NCBI RefSeq assembly: GCF_964204645.1
Contig: NC_134029.1
Location: 4,340,001-4,404,000, forward strand
Direction: 5' to 3'
DNA from: Tubulanus polymorphus
Lineage: Eukaryota; Animalia; Nemertea
DNA length: 64,000 bases
Made by a program: the position numbers and the translations under genes. This document shows, one piece after another, positions 24,151 through 38,700 of this stretch. The stretch's first letter is position 1. Every line of letters begins with the position of its first letter. The notes below the pieces were generated by a model, which ran no database searches, was not told where the DNA came from, and was given only the letters and a program-made list of their open reading frames with translations.

Positions 24151-25985
24151 TAGTTTTGTTCCATAGAACGTTGAAAATCGACAGAGAAATCGGCCCTGAA
24201 AAATAAAACGGATTAGACCCTGAAAAACAGAACGGATTAATTAACACGGAACAGTACAGGACAGTACGGAGACTAACAGTAACACATAAAACATAAAGAC
24301 GTCGTTCCTCAGGAAGCAGGAACAGGAGCGCAGCGAAGATCGCCAGGATCATGATCGCCAGGAGAATCCACGGAAGCATGTCTGCACAGTGTGAGATAGC
24401 GGAGGTGAATAATTTCCTATGCTTACACACTGTGGTCAGCCGGTGACGTATTCCAATTGTGATCAATAGTGCGTGTTAATGATATCAACTAACTCTGAAA
24501 AACCTCAATTGTGTCTCTTTATTGTTGAATGGAGTTACCGAAGGTTCAACTGCCGGGTTGAGCACGCGCCAGTAGCCAGCTGAACAATCGTGGAACTTTA
24601 ATAAGGCCATAAATATAAATTACTTGATTCCCAACAGCTCCCCCCTAATTTAGCCACCGCCTGTTTTTTTTCTTTAAATTTTAGAATAATTTATTGAAAT
24701 TGAAGAATAAAAACGTTAACATTTATTGATGAAAACCTCTAGCTTTATTTCTCATAAATGCATAGCTTCCCCGAAATGGTGACATAAATAATTCCAAGTT
24801 GTTCAAGGCTAAACAAAAATGATACTTTGTTTCTTCGCAGCGGCCGGGTCATTTTGGTTAGATATAATAAAATTTGTAATCAGTTCCTGCCGGGTCTTTT
24901 ATAGGGTTATGGTATAAATTAATCACGATTTTAAAAACAGTGTAGCAGGCCTACAGGCCCGGTATGAGCCCGTCTGTCAATAGAGGGAGACAGCACCGAT
25001 CCTCTGAAATTCTGCCAAAGACTTCTTTACCATTCATAATCTAAAAAAAGATTTTTTCTTTAATTTTGATATTGGAGTAAACGGTAAATCGTAAGTCGTT
25101 AGGTTTTGAAGGAAAAACGTCGTGTATTTTATATATTTTAGATTGTTCGAAATTAATTTCTTGTTTTTAAATTCTTTTAATTTGTAGATAGTTGGTTTTT
25201 ATCTTCTTTACTTAATTATCCGTTCACCGCGTTTGAGTTTGGTTATCGTTCAATCGAGTTTAGTTACTATCGACATTTCGTCTATAAAATGCAAAGTTTT
25301 CATTTTCTATCGGGACCTGTGACAGGGATGTCCCGTCACAGGCCCCAGGTCCTCTCACGGGACATGCTGCACTGCTGCAGTTTAACCTGTTTCAAACAAA
25401 CATGGCGAATGCGGAAGCGACAGAACAGTTTCCATCATCATCATCTGTCTATTTCCACTTAACTTGAGAACACGTCGGGTGACCTGGCTCAGTTAGTAGA
25501 TGCCCGATAAATGTTTGAATACCTGGATGATGTGCGAATTCCCCTACAGTACAACGATTGTTTGGGAACATCCGCACGGCTGGATTGACGAACAAAATCT
25601 TTCGTCCGTCGCGTCGTTGGCGTCGTGTAAAAAATAGTGGAGCTGGAGGCCCAATTTATATATTATCACTCATATAGAGCATTAATAGCAGCAAGCACAG
25701 GGACTTGTCACAATTGATGATAATGTAAAGTTGACCAGTGACGAGTGTCTGGGTATCCTCCAACAATGGGAAAGTGACAGTTATTTTTGCATCTTTGACT
25801 TTGTTGTTGGTGGATAGATATAGATATAGGCCTGCTATTTTGAATTGAAGGCCACCAGAAATGATTGAAATAAAAAGCAAGGGTGGTAAGCCCATAGCAG
25901 TTGAGTAGGCCTGGTCAAATCTTAGTTTAATTTCGTGGGACCCAATTTAATAATGATAGGCCTAGTCAAAATGACATCCTTGACC

Positions 25986-26059
25986 TAGTCTGTATACCAG
26001 TCGTTGTTACCGGTCCCCTACTACCCCTGTTTGGGGGACAACGGCTAGGTACTAGACTA
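25986..26059. mobile_element. 74-bp non-autonomous element with 9-bp target-site duplication (Mutator-like MITE)
   Basis: TSD tccttgacc at 25977-25985 and 26060-26068; termini tagtct...agacta with imperfect internal inverted repeats. Confidence 0.7.
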
Positions 26060-26547
26060 TCCTTGACCAAGCAAATAGCACCAACAAATTAAAATATTTA
26101 GTGTTTTGATAGCAGGCATTGTCTGACTCAAACCGTGCTCATCTTTCCTGATCTGCAATGTTCAAAAAACGACCAGGGTCCGAGACAGATGATTAGTTTA
26201 CCTGCTGTATCCTAGGTTGACCCTCCAGTTCCAGTATCCTCTAGGGTGAACTCTTTAATCAGATCGGAGAATCTGTTTGCCTCCGATCGTACTCTATTAT
26301 TCGTCACGTAACCCTTTGGAGAGTCCAAAACCTCCTTTCTGTCGAGGTGGTGTGATTCGGATTTTGTGTGGAGCCAACCGCAGATTTCGGATGGAGACTT
26401 CGGAGGTCATAAAAGAGTACGCCCCTAGGTTTATGATCATCTTCCATGATACCGGTATACAAAGTCGCGTCAGGGCCTGGTGCCAAAACCTAGTGTTCAC
26501 CTAGTGACCGTTTGATCTTTTCACTTATAGCGATTCATCCCTGCAAA

Positions 26548-26668
26548 CTGGGTCCAGTTCCACAGTTCTGAGTTCAGATTTGACCCTGGGTTAAAACATT
26601 GAAAATGAACTAACTTTAACTCTAACTCTAGAGTTAACTCTAACTCACAACTGTGGAACTGGGTCCTG
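26548..26668. mobile_element. MITE, ctgggtccagttccacagtt family (related copies about 43142-43368 and 45885-45980)
   Basis: ccagttccacagtt ... aactgtggaactgg inverted pair around an aactcta-rich core. Confidence 0.65.
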
Positions 26669-26738
26669 GACAAAGAAATGTCAATGCGAATGGGACCAAA
26701 TAACTTAACAATTTCCTTTTGATTTTCAGCGCCGTAAT

Positions 26739-29700
26739 ATGGATGATAAAAGAGTTGTCGATTATTTCGTCGTAGCTGGTCTGCCAGCGAATCCGCTTCC
26801 TCTTGAAGAATTCTCCAACGAAGCGATCTTGAAACCGACGCATAAACAGGATCCGATTACGGACGTGATCGTCATTATCAAAAACGCCGGCGAGTCGCCG
26901 CCGAAAGGATTCACGTGCATCGAAAAAACACCGACGGGCTATCCATCGGATTTAAACCATGGCAGTATACGCGCGCCCGAAATGTATCTCTGTTATAAAC
27001 GAGGACGCAACAAACCACCCCTCACAGACATCGGGTAAATACTTCTTTATCAATAGTAGCGTTGAAATAAACGCAGCAATGATGATAATGATCTTTTAAA
27101 GATCATCATTACCGCGTTTGTTTCAATAGGTCCATTCAAAGTTTAATATTATTAAACATTGAATGGACCTCAATCATTGACGATGCTGTGCCTTCACACT
27201 GTGTCTTAAATTCAGCTGTTATCACTCGTCCAGTTTAGACACAACACTGTGATTCGCAGGAAATAAGAGCATTAAGTTTCTATTCATGCACGGAAAAATG
27301 ATCTGTTTTCAAATGGACCTGGCTAGGTCTTTTTGGTCGATGGATCAGACTCAATTTGAATATGCGATGCCAAGTCGTGGGTTCTTACCCCGTACATTAA
27401 TGCAGTGTCAAGCATATCCTCATTTATCTGGCTCCTGATGACTCATGAGCGCTAAGTAGTTGCTTGGATGATTCTTCTATGGGACAAATATGATGCCGGG
27501 GTAATAATACCAATGACATTGATCGCATTCATTGTGGATAAATGGGCATTTGGAATACTGTTGGGATCATTAGCTCATGAAACAAACAAAATCATTACTT
27601 AACTTGCATTAGAAAAGCCTTCGACTTTTTAATGAAATGATAATGAAAGTGAAACTTCCCTGGAACATCTTATGTATGAAAGAGGCATGATCCTTCGCTA
27701 TATTGCGATTCTATTGTCGATGTTTGTTTTTGCAGAGTTCTGTACGAAGGTAAAGAACGGGTTATGTCCGGCTGCGAGGTCGTTTACGTGACACCTCAAG
27801 GTCGTCCGGCGAACGTGAATAATTCTAATTCGCAGCGTATATACATCACGTACCGGCGTGCTAATGAGAATGCTGCCTCTGACACGCTCGCTGTCACTGA
27901 AATCTGCATTATTCTGGCGAATAAGGTAATTGGGAAATTCAGGATCAGATGGTTTCAGTCAGATCAAGCAAGTTCTGTACAATGTAGTTCTCTTTCTGTA
28001 GTTCTGAGAATTGATTATGAAAAATTAAGAGTTAAAATTAAAAAGTTATTTGAAATGTGGGGAAAATATGGACAATTAAAGGACAGGCTTTTGCGGCAAA
28101 AGATAATCGAAGTGTTGTTCATAGATATCCGCAAATGTTTCAATGGGCCGAATCAGGGATCACGGGTTTAAAGAGTTTAGAAAATTATCGGAACCACAAA
28201 AAGATTCTGGGATAAAATGCAGGAGTTGCAAACAAGCTGCTAGAGCATCATTTGCGTCCACTGCAGTATTTTACTGGCAAAAAAACTTTGCTCTATTCGA
28301 GTTAAAACATCGGAAATGAACTAATTATATATCTAGTGACAAAGTTGACCAAATGTAACGATTGATGTGGTACTGGGTCCTATTTTAGAATTGCTCTCAT
28401 AATGACGAAAAAGATCTGTTTTCACAGCAGAGAGTCTATTGAATGCATTTACCGGTACCGGTACCTATATCCTACAGCGAACAATCTCTTTTGATTTTTA
28501 GGGTGAAATGGCACCGCACGCTTTTTGCCAGATAAATAAGAATTTAAACAGAGGAATGGTAAGATTTGAAACTCTTTATTATATAAGATAGAGATTTTAA
28601 ACCAGAAAAAAGAATTATGTCAATGCCAGAAGAAATTATGGTAAAACTCGATATATTTTTCAGGTTGGTTCTGACGTTTTTTTATGCTACAAAAAATCGA
28701 TGGTTAAAACTAATACGATCGCTTATAATCCAGGTATGTCAAATATGGTGGTTCACACGTTTCAAAATAGACTGTTCTAATTCATTTATTTATGTACAGT
28801 AAACTTGCTTAAAAGTTGGATCGAAGTCGGATAATTGGGAAATAATTTCTAGGTCCAGAGTTTTCCGCTCAATTTCCCTTATAAAATCTCTAAGCTGGTT
28901 CTTATCAATCGGATTCTCGCCTTAGTCGGACAAATATTTTATCCCCATAAGTCTGAAATATAGGAAATTATATTCCCCAAGACAGACGCGTCATTGATTT
29001 AGTCAAATAACTCTTCTTACTTAACGCGAGTACTTTCTAAAACGAACTCTACGTATTTATGTTTCAGGATGCTTGGGTCGTTATCCGCTGGAAGACCATG
29101 CCGATTTCCCATTGCCCGAATCTGTGCCATTGTTTTGTTTGCCGATGGGTTCGACTCTGGAATGTTGGCCGCAGCAAACGCAGCACCCGCTGCCCGTGTT
29201 CTCGACGTTCATTCTGACCGGTTCCTCAGTCGAAAAGGTTGATATCAATTTGAATCCCAATTTTGTTATCCCTTAACAGTGCGTCTACACTGTAGTGCAG
29301 TGTATGAATCAGTGTTTGACTCAGTTATGAAGTTTAAAAAAAGTTTTCAAATATTTAAGCTTTATGATTGAGTTTGAATGGTCGTCATTGAAAGTACAAC
29401 GTAAAGTAACCGATAGCAATTATCAAACCAAAATTTGACTTAGACCTTTTCGTGAGACTTAACCCGTGGTCTCATCAATCTGAGATCATCTTGCTAGAAA
29501 ATTCTTCGCCAGCCTCTGCCATTAACGTATCTGTGTGCTAGCTTGATTGAGCAATACAAAAATCATTAAATAACGTTTGTATTTTTCGAAGGTTTACGGC
29601 GCCGCGGTCACGTTCTACGAAGAATACGAACAGGATAAACTAACCGATCTGCAGCAGCGGTTACTCGGACTGAAGGAGCCAAAGTCGTCGTCGAAACAGC

Positions 29701-32700
29701 ATTCCGTACACGTGAATAAAAGCATCTGTTTATTATCGCATTGGCCGTTCTTTGACGAGTTCAAAATGTTTCTGAGTTATTTATACCGGATTTCTATCAT
29801 CGGTCCTCATAATGTACCGATGGAAAGGTAAGATTCATGTGACATGGTTCCCACAATACGGGGGAAGCTGACATGATTGTCGGTATATTTCCCCTGTTTG
29901 GAAACATTTTGGAATTACGATTGATTTTGCTCTAATCCGGGAAATGTTTTGAAAATTCATCTCACACTTCACGTATCAACATGGTCTGGGATGTCAATTG
30001 CTTGTCCAAGGAAATCTGTCTTTTGCAATTTTCCTTGAATCGACCGATGATTACTAAAATGTGAAATTAACTCGAGTATGAGGGTATGTTCACTTTTAGG
30101 CAGGCCCCATTTCCATTCCGGAAAATCGAAAAATCACCCTTAAAGTACTTGGGAAAAACTTAGAATTTTGAATTCATGCAATGACTGGGAACAATGACAT
30201 GATGTACAGTAGACTTCGTATGCTTCAAATGGGCCAATCAATTTTCTCCAGGGCCAGTTGATGCTCTTTCATTCGGAGTGACAATGAGTTGTAATGCATT
30301 AGAGTAGGATAAGAGTAGGAGAGTTTGACATCTTTGGTCTCGCAGGGCGCATGATAATCTGAGGCAATCGGAGTCTACTGTAGACGCAATCATCAAATTG
30401 AACAAATTAACCTTTTGTCAAAAGTTTTGAGGATGAATTGCTGAAGTACATAGTATTTAATGATTGTCCCCTCTAGTTGAGTATTCTCAATTATTGTTTC
30501 ATGAATTTCAGACACATCAGTCATTTTATGTTCAGCGTTCCATTCCCATCTCCGAAACGACCTCGGATTTTAGTTGAGTTAAATGACGAAGCAATCTGTC
30601 TGAACCAACCCGAGGAAACTCCATTACCAAAAAGGTATGTACATTATGTATTTCAAATAAATTAGTTTTTGGCCATCATTTCCATTGAGACTGTAGTAAG
30701 TTTTGTGACTCGTAAATGGAAATCAGAATTTGCATATTCTTGGAGCTACCCTTCATTAAAACTGGCTCTAATATGCTTCATTTTAATCTGTACTACAAAC
30801 TTGTATTTGTGTTTCAGCGGTGCTTCATTTATAACCCTGGTTCAGAATCTGGGACCGGAGAATTGTCTGGATTTGTTACTGTATGTGATACTCGAGCACA
30901 AAATCCTCATTCATTCCCTTCGTCCAGCGGTATTAACAAGTGTCGCTGAAGCTGTGTCTACAGTAAGTATATCATTACTTCACTCCACTTATCCAAGTTG
31001 ATTAAGGCGTCATTAAACAAAACTGTTGTCTGTACCCACCACTTCCGATGATCAACAGACAACAGTCCTCCTGACAAAAACTGATTATACGGACTTTTTG
31101 CCAGGTCTCCTATCTGGACAAAAGTCATTTCTATTTGAAACTAAATTACAGTTTTTTACCTAACGCCGCTGTCATCAGTCGCCATGCATTGAAAATCAGA
31201 TCATTCACACTTCACCTCATCAAATGGTGAATATCTGAATACAGAGTGAGAAATTTCTATTGATGCATTGACTTATGTGCAATTTTCTCTGATGTTTTTG
31301 AATTCATTGTCGGTATCATAAATCGTGACTCTTTTAATTTCAGCTCATATTTCCATTCCATTGGCAATGTCCATATATCCCTCTATGTCCACTTGGTTTG
31401 TCAGATGTACTCAACGCTCCCTGTCCATATATTGTGGGTATGTACTCTGTGCTGATTGATTCATCAACTGTAGATTCTGATTTAGAAAAATGGCACTGAT
31501 CGAATCTTCCATCTTACCAGGTGTTGATTCGCAGTATTTCGATCTTTACGATCCACCACCAGATGTCACTTGCGTCGATCTCGATACAAACACGATAACG
31601 CCGTAAGTTATCTCGTCGGAGATAGTCAAAATGTCGAAAATACGTCCTGTTTACAGTAGCTAGTATTGTTTATGTTTCTATTTGTTTTGAAGGCCTGAAG
31701 ATAAGAAAACGAACTATAAGCTATTACCAAAGGTAAGTTATAGTTGAAGGTTCTTCTCTTAGTGATTTTAACAATTTTTCGGAATATCAGATTGACATGG
31801 TGTAATGTCAAATTCATACGTCGATGAGGGTAACATTGTCAACTTGGAAAAAGCAAAAGTCAATTTCAAGTCAGATGCTCAAAAGTTGATCAGTAGTGAC
31901 AATTAAAACTGGTATATTTCATCTGATGGTTTTTTATACTCAAGATTTGACTACTCGAATCATTGTAGAATGCTTAAAAAGCATAAAAAGATTACTCAGA
32001 AGTTCGTTTTTATTGAAAGATCTCTCGTCTCACATCTAAAATCAACGCATTTTCAGAAACCGTTGCGCATCCTGCAGAACACGTTGAACCGTATATACGA
32101 ACAAATATTCGAACAAGGTTCAAACGCCAGCACTCCTGAAGTGACGCTGGATACAGCTCCGATTGATCCACACTTCCGCAAGAAACGTAGAAAGGTGAAT
32201 GAAAATAATTAGGTGTTTGCTGAATATAAACTCATCTAAAAATAGGCGCTCAATTTCTGAAAAATGATTTTTTAATTTCAGTTGTTGCTGGAGATGGAGA
32301 TTCAAGAAGCATTTTTACGCTTTATGGGCTGTCTGCTGAAAGGATATAAAAACTATTTATTACCAATCACCAGTGCCCCAACTATCGGCACTACAGATGC
32401 AAGCTCTCTATTTGATATGCAAGGTTTGTCCGAAATCACCAGATCTCAATCATGATTTTTGCAATTTTAGGGCCACAAATGCTGCTGGTTTTGAAAAATC
32501 ATGAAAATGTGTGAAAAATTCATGGAGCGAGTCTATGAAAATATTTCGTTTTAATCAATCTGTCCAGTAATCTGAAAAATCTTGATATTTTGTTGTGAAA
32601 AAATGTGTAAAAAAACCTACCCCTAATATGGAAAGGATGTGAAAAATGTGAAAATTCCTGAATTCATCAATCTTGCCCCTATTTAAGCATTGAATAAAAG

Positions 32701-35700
32701 TGGCCAAATTTTCACCCCCTCCCATGGTTGCGTACATACGCTAATTAGGCTCTAAGAATATGTTCATTGATTTGTAGGATTCCTGCGTAGTCGCGACAAA
32801 GCGTATCATAAATTCTTCAACATGATGATGAAAACGCAGATATTTATACGTTTCATCGAAGAACGTTCGTTCGTCTCGGATAAAGACGCCAGTCTCGCTT
32901 TCTTCGACGAATGCGCCGAAAAGGTTCGTTATACTTTCACAGCGCTCAAACGAAGATTGTATATCAGTGAATAAAAGATGAACTTTTTAATTTTCAGGTT
33001 GATGAGAACAGCGATGAGCCGAAATTGATAGAATTGGACGATTCGCAAAAAAGGTATAGTAACCTAGAAGAGTAGAACGGTGCCTATTTTTACCAGGATT
33101 CTTGCAGATCAGCGAAATCTGGGAAATCTGACTTTTTGTCTTGAAAATCAGTAAATTTTTGGTACCTAATTGTTCTTGCTGTTGTGGAATGGTGCAAGGA
33201 ATGTCTTGAAAATAAACAGTCCCCTCTGAGGATATCTTGTTTCATTGGGGAATTTTTGGTTATGGGCGGGGAAATACCTGGAAATTTTGGATGATTAAAT
33301 TCTAATCTTTGTCGAATTTGCAGTGAACACACAGTGTTGATCACTCCACCGGAGCCGGTCGGACTTCCTCCAGATGTCAAGTACACCTACAACGGGTTCC
33401 CCGAGTTGAATCCGGATTTATTTTTACACAACGGCCACAAAGCGCCGAGTACGCCGATGACGAAATCGGGCCACAATCGTAACAGCCCGCTCGCTAGTAA
33501 CGCCCGACGCACGAAGCAGGAAATAAAATCGGCGCAGAAAATTGCGCAACAACATCAAGGCACACCTCTACTGTGGGCGAAGTGAGTAGTTCTATGAATG
33601 AATGAGATTTCATTGCCAGAATTACAGTAAACCTCATAGTCACCTAACTCAGACTAAATGCTATAGAAAATCTATTGCTGTCCCTAAAACAATTTTCCAT
33701 TGTCCCTCTAAAGATCCTTCTAATTCTAGATTTTTCCTTATGTCCCTGAAAATTTACTTCTTCGTCCCCGATGTGGTAATTAATAGGTTGGCAGGTCTGA
33801 CACTGCAAAACAGACTACCGGTAAGGTTTCACGCGAATGTTATTGCTTAACTAGTTACTTAATCAATTTGAATGCTCACATATTTTTCAGATGTTTATTA
33901 AGTCATTGTTACAGCCTGTGGTTTATTCATTTGCCTTCATACGTGAAATCGATGCATTCGAAAACGAAAGCGCTGCGCACGGCATTCGATGTTTTACAGA
34001 AAATGCAGGAAAGCCGACTTGATCCTCCTGACGAGGTAACTGTTTCGACTCCTTGATTCCTCATCAAAGTATATTAACGAATCAATCAGCAGCCGCGACG
34101 AGATAGAAATCTGCGATGTGGATGTTCTAGAATGCTGAATTAGTTTGTATGTATCGTTAATTAAGCGTGTAATCGTTTCAGGTTTGTTACCGGGTATTAA
34201 TGCAACTTTGTGGTCAGTATCAGCAGCCTGTTTTAGCTGTTAAAGTACTCTTTGAAATGAAACGTAATGGAATTCATCCTAATGCAATAACCTATGGATT
34301 CTACAATAAGGTGCGTATCGGCCCCCATAACTGAGGCAGGTTTTGATTGAATCCAATTCCAATTAGGAAAAGCAATTCTGGATAACAAACTCTGCCGGTC
34401 GCTTCTGTCAGGTTTACAGATTATGCTATTTTGGAATTAATCGTGTTTCAGAATATGATTTTGAAATCGGTGAAGACCAATTGAAACCTGCCTTATTTTA
34501 TGAATCTGTTGTACTACTGTGCCAACGATAGCTTTCTTGAAAATTTTTTCCGACTTATATTACGTATGTTTTTGTCGGTATTTACTAAATCTAAATCATT
34601 TAACGACAGGCTGTTCTGGAGAGTAAGTGGCCTTCATCGACAAGCAATGCTTATTTGAAGTGGACTAAATTACGCAACGTGCTGCTGGCCGTAACTCAGT
34701 TTCGTAACGCACTACGACGTCGCAGTATGTCGCTGTACTCAAACTCAGAGAGCGACCCTGATCGAGAGAGCAGAGCGAGTTTAGAGAGTTTCCAGGAGGA
34801 GTTTGTACCGTTGCCTCCTGATCAATCTCCGCAGAAAGGAATGACGACATTCGTACAGGATCTCGTGTCTGTGGACGGGGTGGTGCATGAAGACAAGTCT
34901 AGTTCAGGTAAGATGAAATATTATATACTAACTGTTTACCCTCCACCCCAACCTATACGCGCCTATAACAGTGTTCCTGGGGAGAAGTAACACATGGTTG
35001 CCACTGACCTGGAAAACTCAATAACATTACGGAAAATGATTTTGACATGTTTCTTAATCAATACGTGATTCAATAGAAAAAGTGAATTGTAACATTTTAA
35101 ATCTAGAAATTTCTCTGATTCACTCTGGAATTTTGCGTAGTAAACACATGAAAAAATCGGGGAATAACTTGGGGGATTTTTAAATGGGTGGAAAGTGTCC
35201 AGCCTGTAACATGATGACATGTTTAAATGATGAGGACTGGCCTAGACAAAGTGTGCTGCCTCTTACACAGTCTTACTTACGTGTTTGAAATGAAAGTCTT
35301 ACTGAAGTTAACATAATATTTTAATATTTCAGATCAAGGTTATAGTTCAATGACTCAGGTCGACGTTGCCAGTAAACTGTCAAACAGTGACATACCTCAT
35401 CACGAACCAATAATATTGGAGGGCGTGGTTACCAGCGAGAGCGGCACGGATCAATCATCCAATCGAAACGATGTACAAGGCGTGTCTACTTCGCCTCCGA
35501 AATCGGGGCCATCGTCGCATCAGAAAGCCGTGGTCAGGTCGCAAAGTGAAAAACTGAAATCGTCCGATATAGACTCAACACAGCGGCAAAAAACGGCGAA
35601 AAACTCGGCCTACTCTATAGGTCAGTTCTGTTTGAAGCTCAAATACTTCAAGTTTTCACTCTCTGAAATGTTATTTTTAACGTAAGCTAATCTATAATCT

Positions 35701-38700
35701 GTGTACAAGCTAAGCTTACTGCTATAAAACCTAGTTAAGCTTCTCAATGCATACACACTGCAGTGCAGTGTATAAATCAGTGATGGACATTGCTAGTACA
35801 CCGCATCACAGTGTATTGATGTTATTAGTAATTATTTTTTATCGCTTTTGATAGATGGCATCACCTGGCAAACATAGTGAAATATTAGCGACTACACAGT
35901 GTAGACGCACTAAAGTGGTGTGCCCATTATTCACACTGGGGTGGAATGTTTTTCAAATTAGCTTCAGCACTTTCGGGTATCAATTAGTGGGCGCTGAAAC
36001 GGTTTAGCCCATTTTGGCTCTACAAATGATCAAATGAACACCAGTTGTAAAGTTGATCAGTTTGTCATGAAAGCTGTGGTTTTCGTTTTATTTCAGGTGG
36101 TAAGAATATAATTCGCCGGGCGACGGTCGGATCGTTCGATCCTCTAGATTCAGTCGGCGCCGATGAATTCCGTACGAGAGTCGGAAGCATCGTTCGTCAT
36201 TCGGTGAGCAGTTTCGGTAGCAGTAGCAGCGTTGGTACTCTACGCGGCAGTACATGTAAGTCTACATTCAACTCGTGCTATTAGATAGTCTATAGTCCGC
36301 TTTATCACTAGAATATCTGCCGCTTTAATACTCATATTTAGTTTCGTTTTTTTATGAGAAAGTCATGTGTATTTAATTGTGGAGTTGTCGGGCTAAGACT
36401 TTAAAACTTAGAACGACTGCCAGATTAGATGCATTCTGAGTAGCATGCTAATGAATAGCATGTTTTATACCAGAAGCGCATGAGGCAACTTCAGATTGCG
36501 ATATAGCCACAAGGTTTATTCTCAATTCGGCATCTCGATGTTAGATTACAGTCAAATCCGCTTACTTTGGATCAGTTTAATCTGGATTTTGATCTGATCC
36601 AGATAATATTTACGGTCTACTCATACATGTAAAATAGGATTTTTTACAAATGATCCAAATTAACCGGGTTCTACTGTATTTAGCTGATTTTAACCTCAAT
36701 ATCTTCCATATTGTTAAAACTTTGTTTTGTCTTGCATTATTTGTTCTGAGTAGCAGAAGGATTTCATTTAAACTGTCCAATGTATGAATAGGTTTTGAAT
36801 TATGTAATTCATATTTCTGGAGGTGTTTAGTCGCGTATTGTTAGTTGTTGAAAAAGGCTGAATTAAATGGTCTCAAAATTTCATGCGCGGCCATCCATCG
36901 CGGCGAATCCTGTCAGTATGATGGTAGAATCCTCGTTAGAATCCGTTTCAAGGCGGATGCTAATTACTACAGAGATGGAGCTTACCGTAGCTCAAAGTTC
37001 GATTTTATATTTTCAAGCATGTTGATGACATTTTTCGTTCGTGGCCTTGCCGGCTATTTTAGTTGAAAATTATTGTGACGCCGTACATTGTTTGGTGTGA
37101 TTAGTTAGAAATCTCTCGCTTATCCATTCTTGCACCATCGCCGTTCACTAAAGTCGACTCTTTGCTATCTTAACACTATTACTACTATACTATCACACTT
37201 GTCGTGTTCACTGATGAGAATCAATGTCCGATTCCGAAAAGACAACCAAAAAAACCTCGAGTAAGGTGGCTTCGCTTAGCGGTCTAGTCCTTCATGAGTA
37301 GAATTTTGATTTAACAATCGCTGATACTAATGAGATTAAACTAACAATTAAGGAACCGATTAATTATTGGCGATGTGAAGTGAAATTTTATTGTACATAC
37401 ACTTCGTAGACGGAGAAGCAACTGTTAATTTTTTAGGAAAAATATCTAATCGCTATTGAGTTTTAACAGTCATATCGTTGTAGTAAGCAGTAAGCGTTTT
37501 TCAAAAACGGATCTTAATGACTTCGACTATTGATCATTTAGATTATAATTTATTCGCATCGGTTACATATACACCGTATCGGCCCTCCTACATATAAACC
37601 AACAACGATTCTCGAATACCTTTCGACCCCCAAAAATTACCGGTTTGTCAAATCAACGGAAATCATGCGTTCATAATTTGATTTATCAATATTTCCCCGA
37701 TGATGTATTGGATGAATTTCTGATTCATCGATGAATTGATGGATAATTGAGAGAGATGATTATCTTTATAGATTCGGTACGTGTGTGGCTTGTCGCTTGT
37801 AACTCGTGTTCTGTTCACCCTTCCCCGTTTTTTATTTATTTCAGTTGGAAGTGCCGCCGGTATTCTGATATCGACTAGTCAAGTGTCTCTCGAAGGCAGC
37901 AGCAGCGGCGCCGGCGGTGGCGACGTATTCGATGATGCTGGTTTACCCGATCGCGTCTCCGGGCGTTCTAGTCGCGTTAACGACGAGCGCCGACGACATA
38001 AAAGCGAGGGCTCGTCGCGTCGTCATTGTCAGCGCGGTAACCAGTCAGCGTGGCGTAACCGGCACGTCAGTTCCGATCAGAATCCGTCGTTGGTTTGCGG
38101 CGATTCCGAACGTTTCGTCGAAGATTTCGGTCAGGATTCAAAGCTGGTTTCGTCGTTGAGTAACTCGCCGCGCGATGACGGCTCGCCGCGTAAAAACATC
38201 GAGCACGTCTCCCCCGGTGCGCCCCCGGCGTGGACGCCGTTAATCCTGAATGTCTCCTCGTCGAAGTCTGTCGTCGTTAACGTATCAACGTCGGAACGAG
38301 ACGAGCAGAAAACTCCGACTCACGCGTCCGATAAAGTATTCGATATACCGGAAATGATTCCGGAAAAAGAAACGGTTCCGGCAACTCAGCGGACTCCGGT
38401 AACTGAAAACGATCCGCTCGGATTATTTACGACTGATCAGGAGATTACGCCGGCGCCCTCGCGGTCTGAGTCGGTTGTCAACGCGAATCCGCTCGTGAAA
38501 TTCGATCTCGATCCGTGTAATCTATTCTCGAGTACGCCAGGTACGTCGCAGAGCAGCATCGTCTTAAACCACAAGCGAAACGACGACGTAAAGAAAGACC
38601 TTTTAATCGACTTCGATCCGTTGGATAACGATAGCGCCGGGGTAACGCGTCGAGCCGATCGACCGCACGAGCTCGATGTCGTCAACGGAAATCAACCGAA

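Noticed and set aside
23993-24466. 157-aa ORF as a membrane protein gene
   Set aside because: Appears chimeric: a short-repeat-derived hydrophobic stretch joined to a LINE C-terminal fragment, with a TTG start.
26684-26697. GCGAATGGGAC, identical to the 3' end of the HDV ribozyme
   Set aside because: No upstream GTCCCA partner or nested P1/P3 pseudoknot; the upstream sequence is a common MITE, so this is likely chance.
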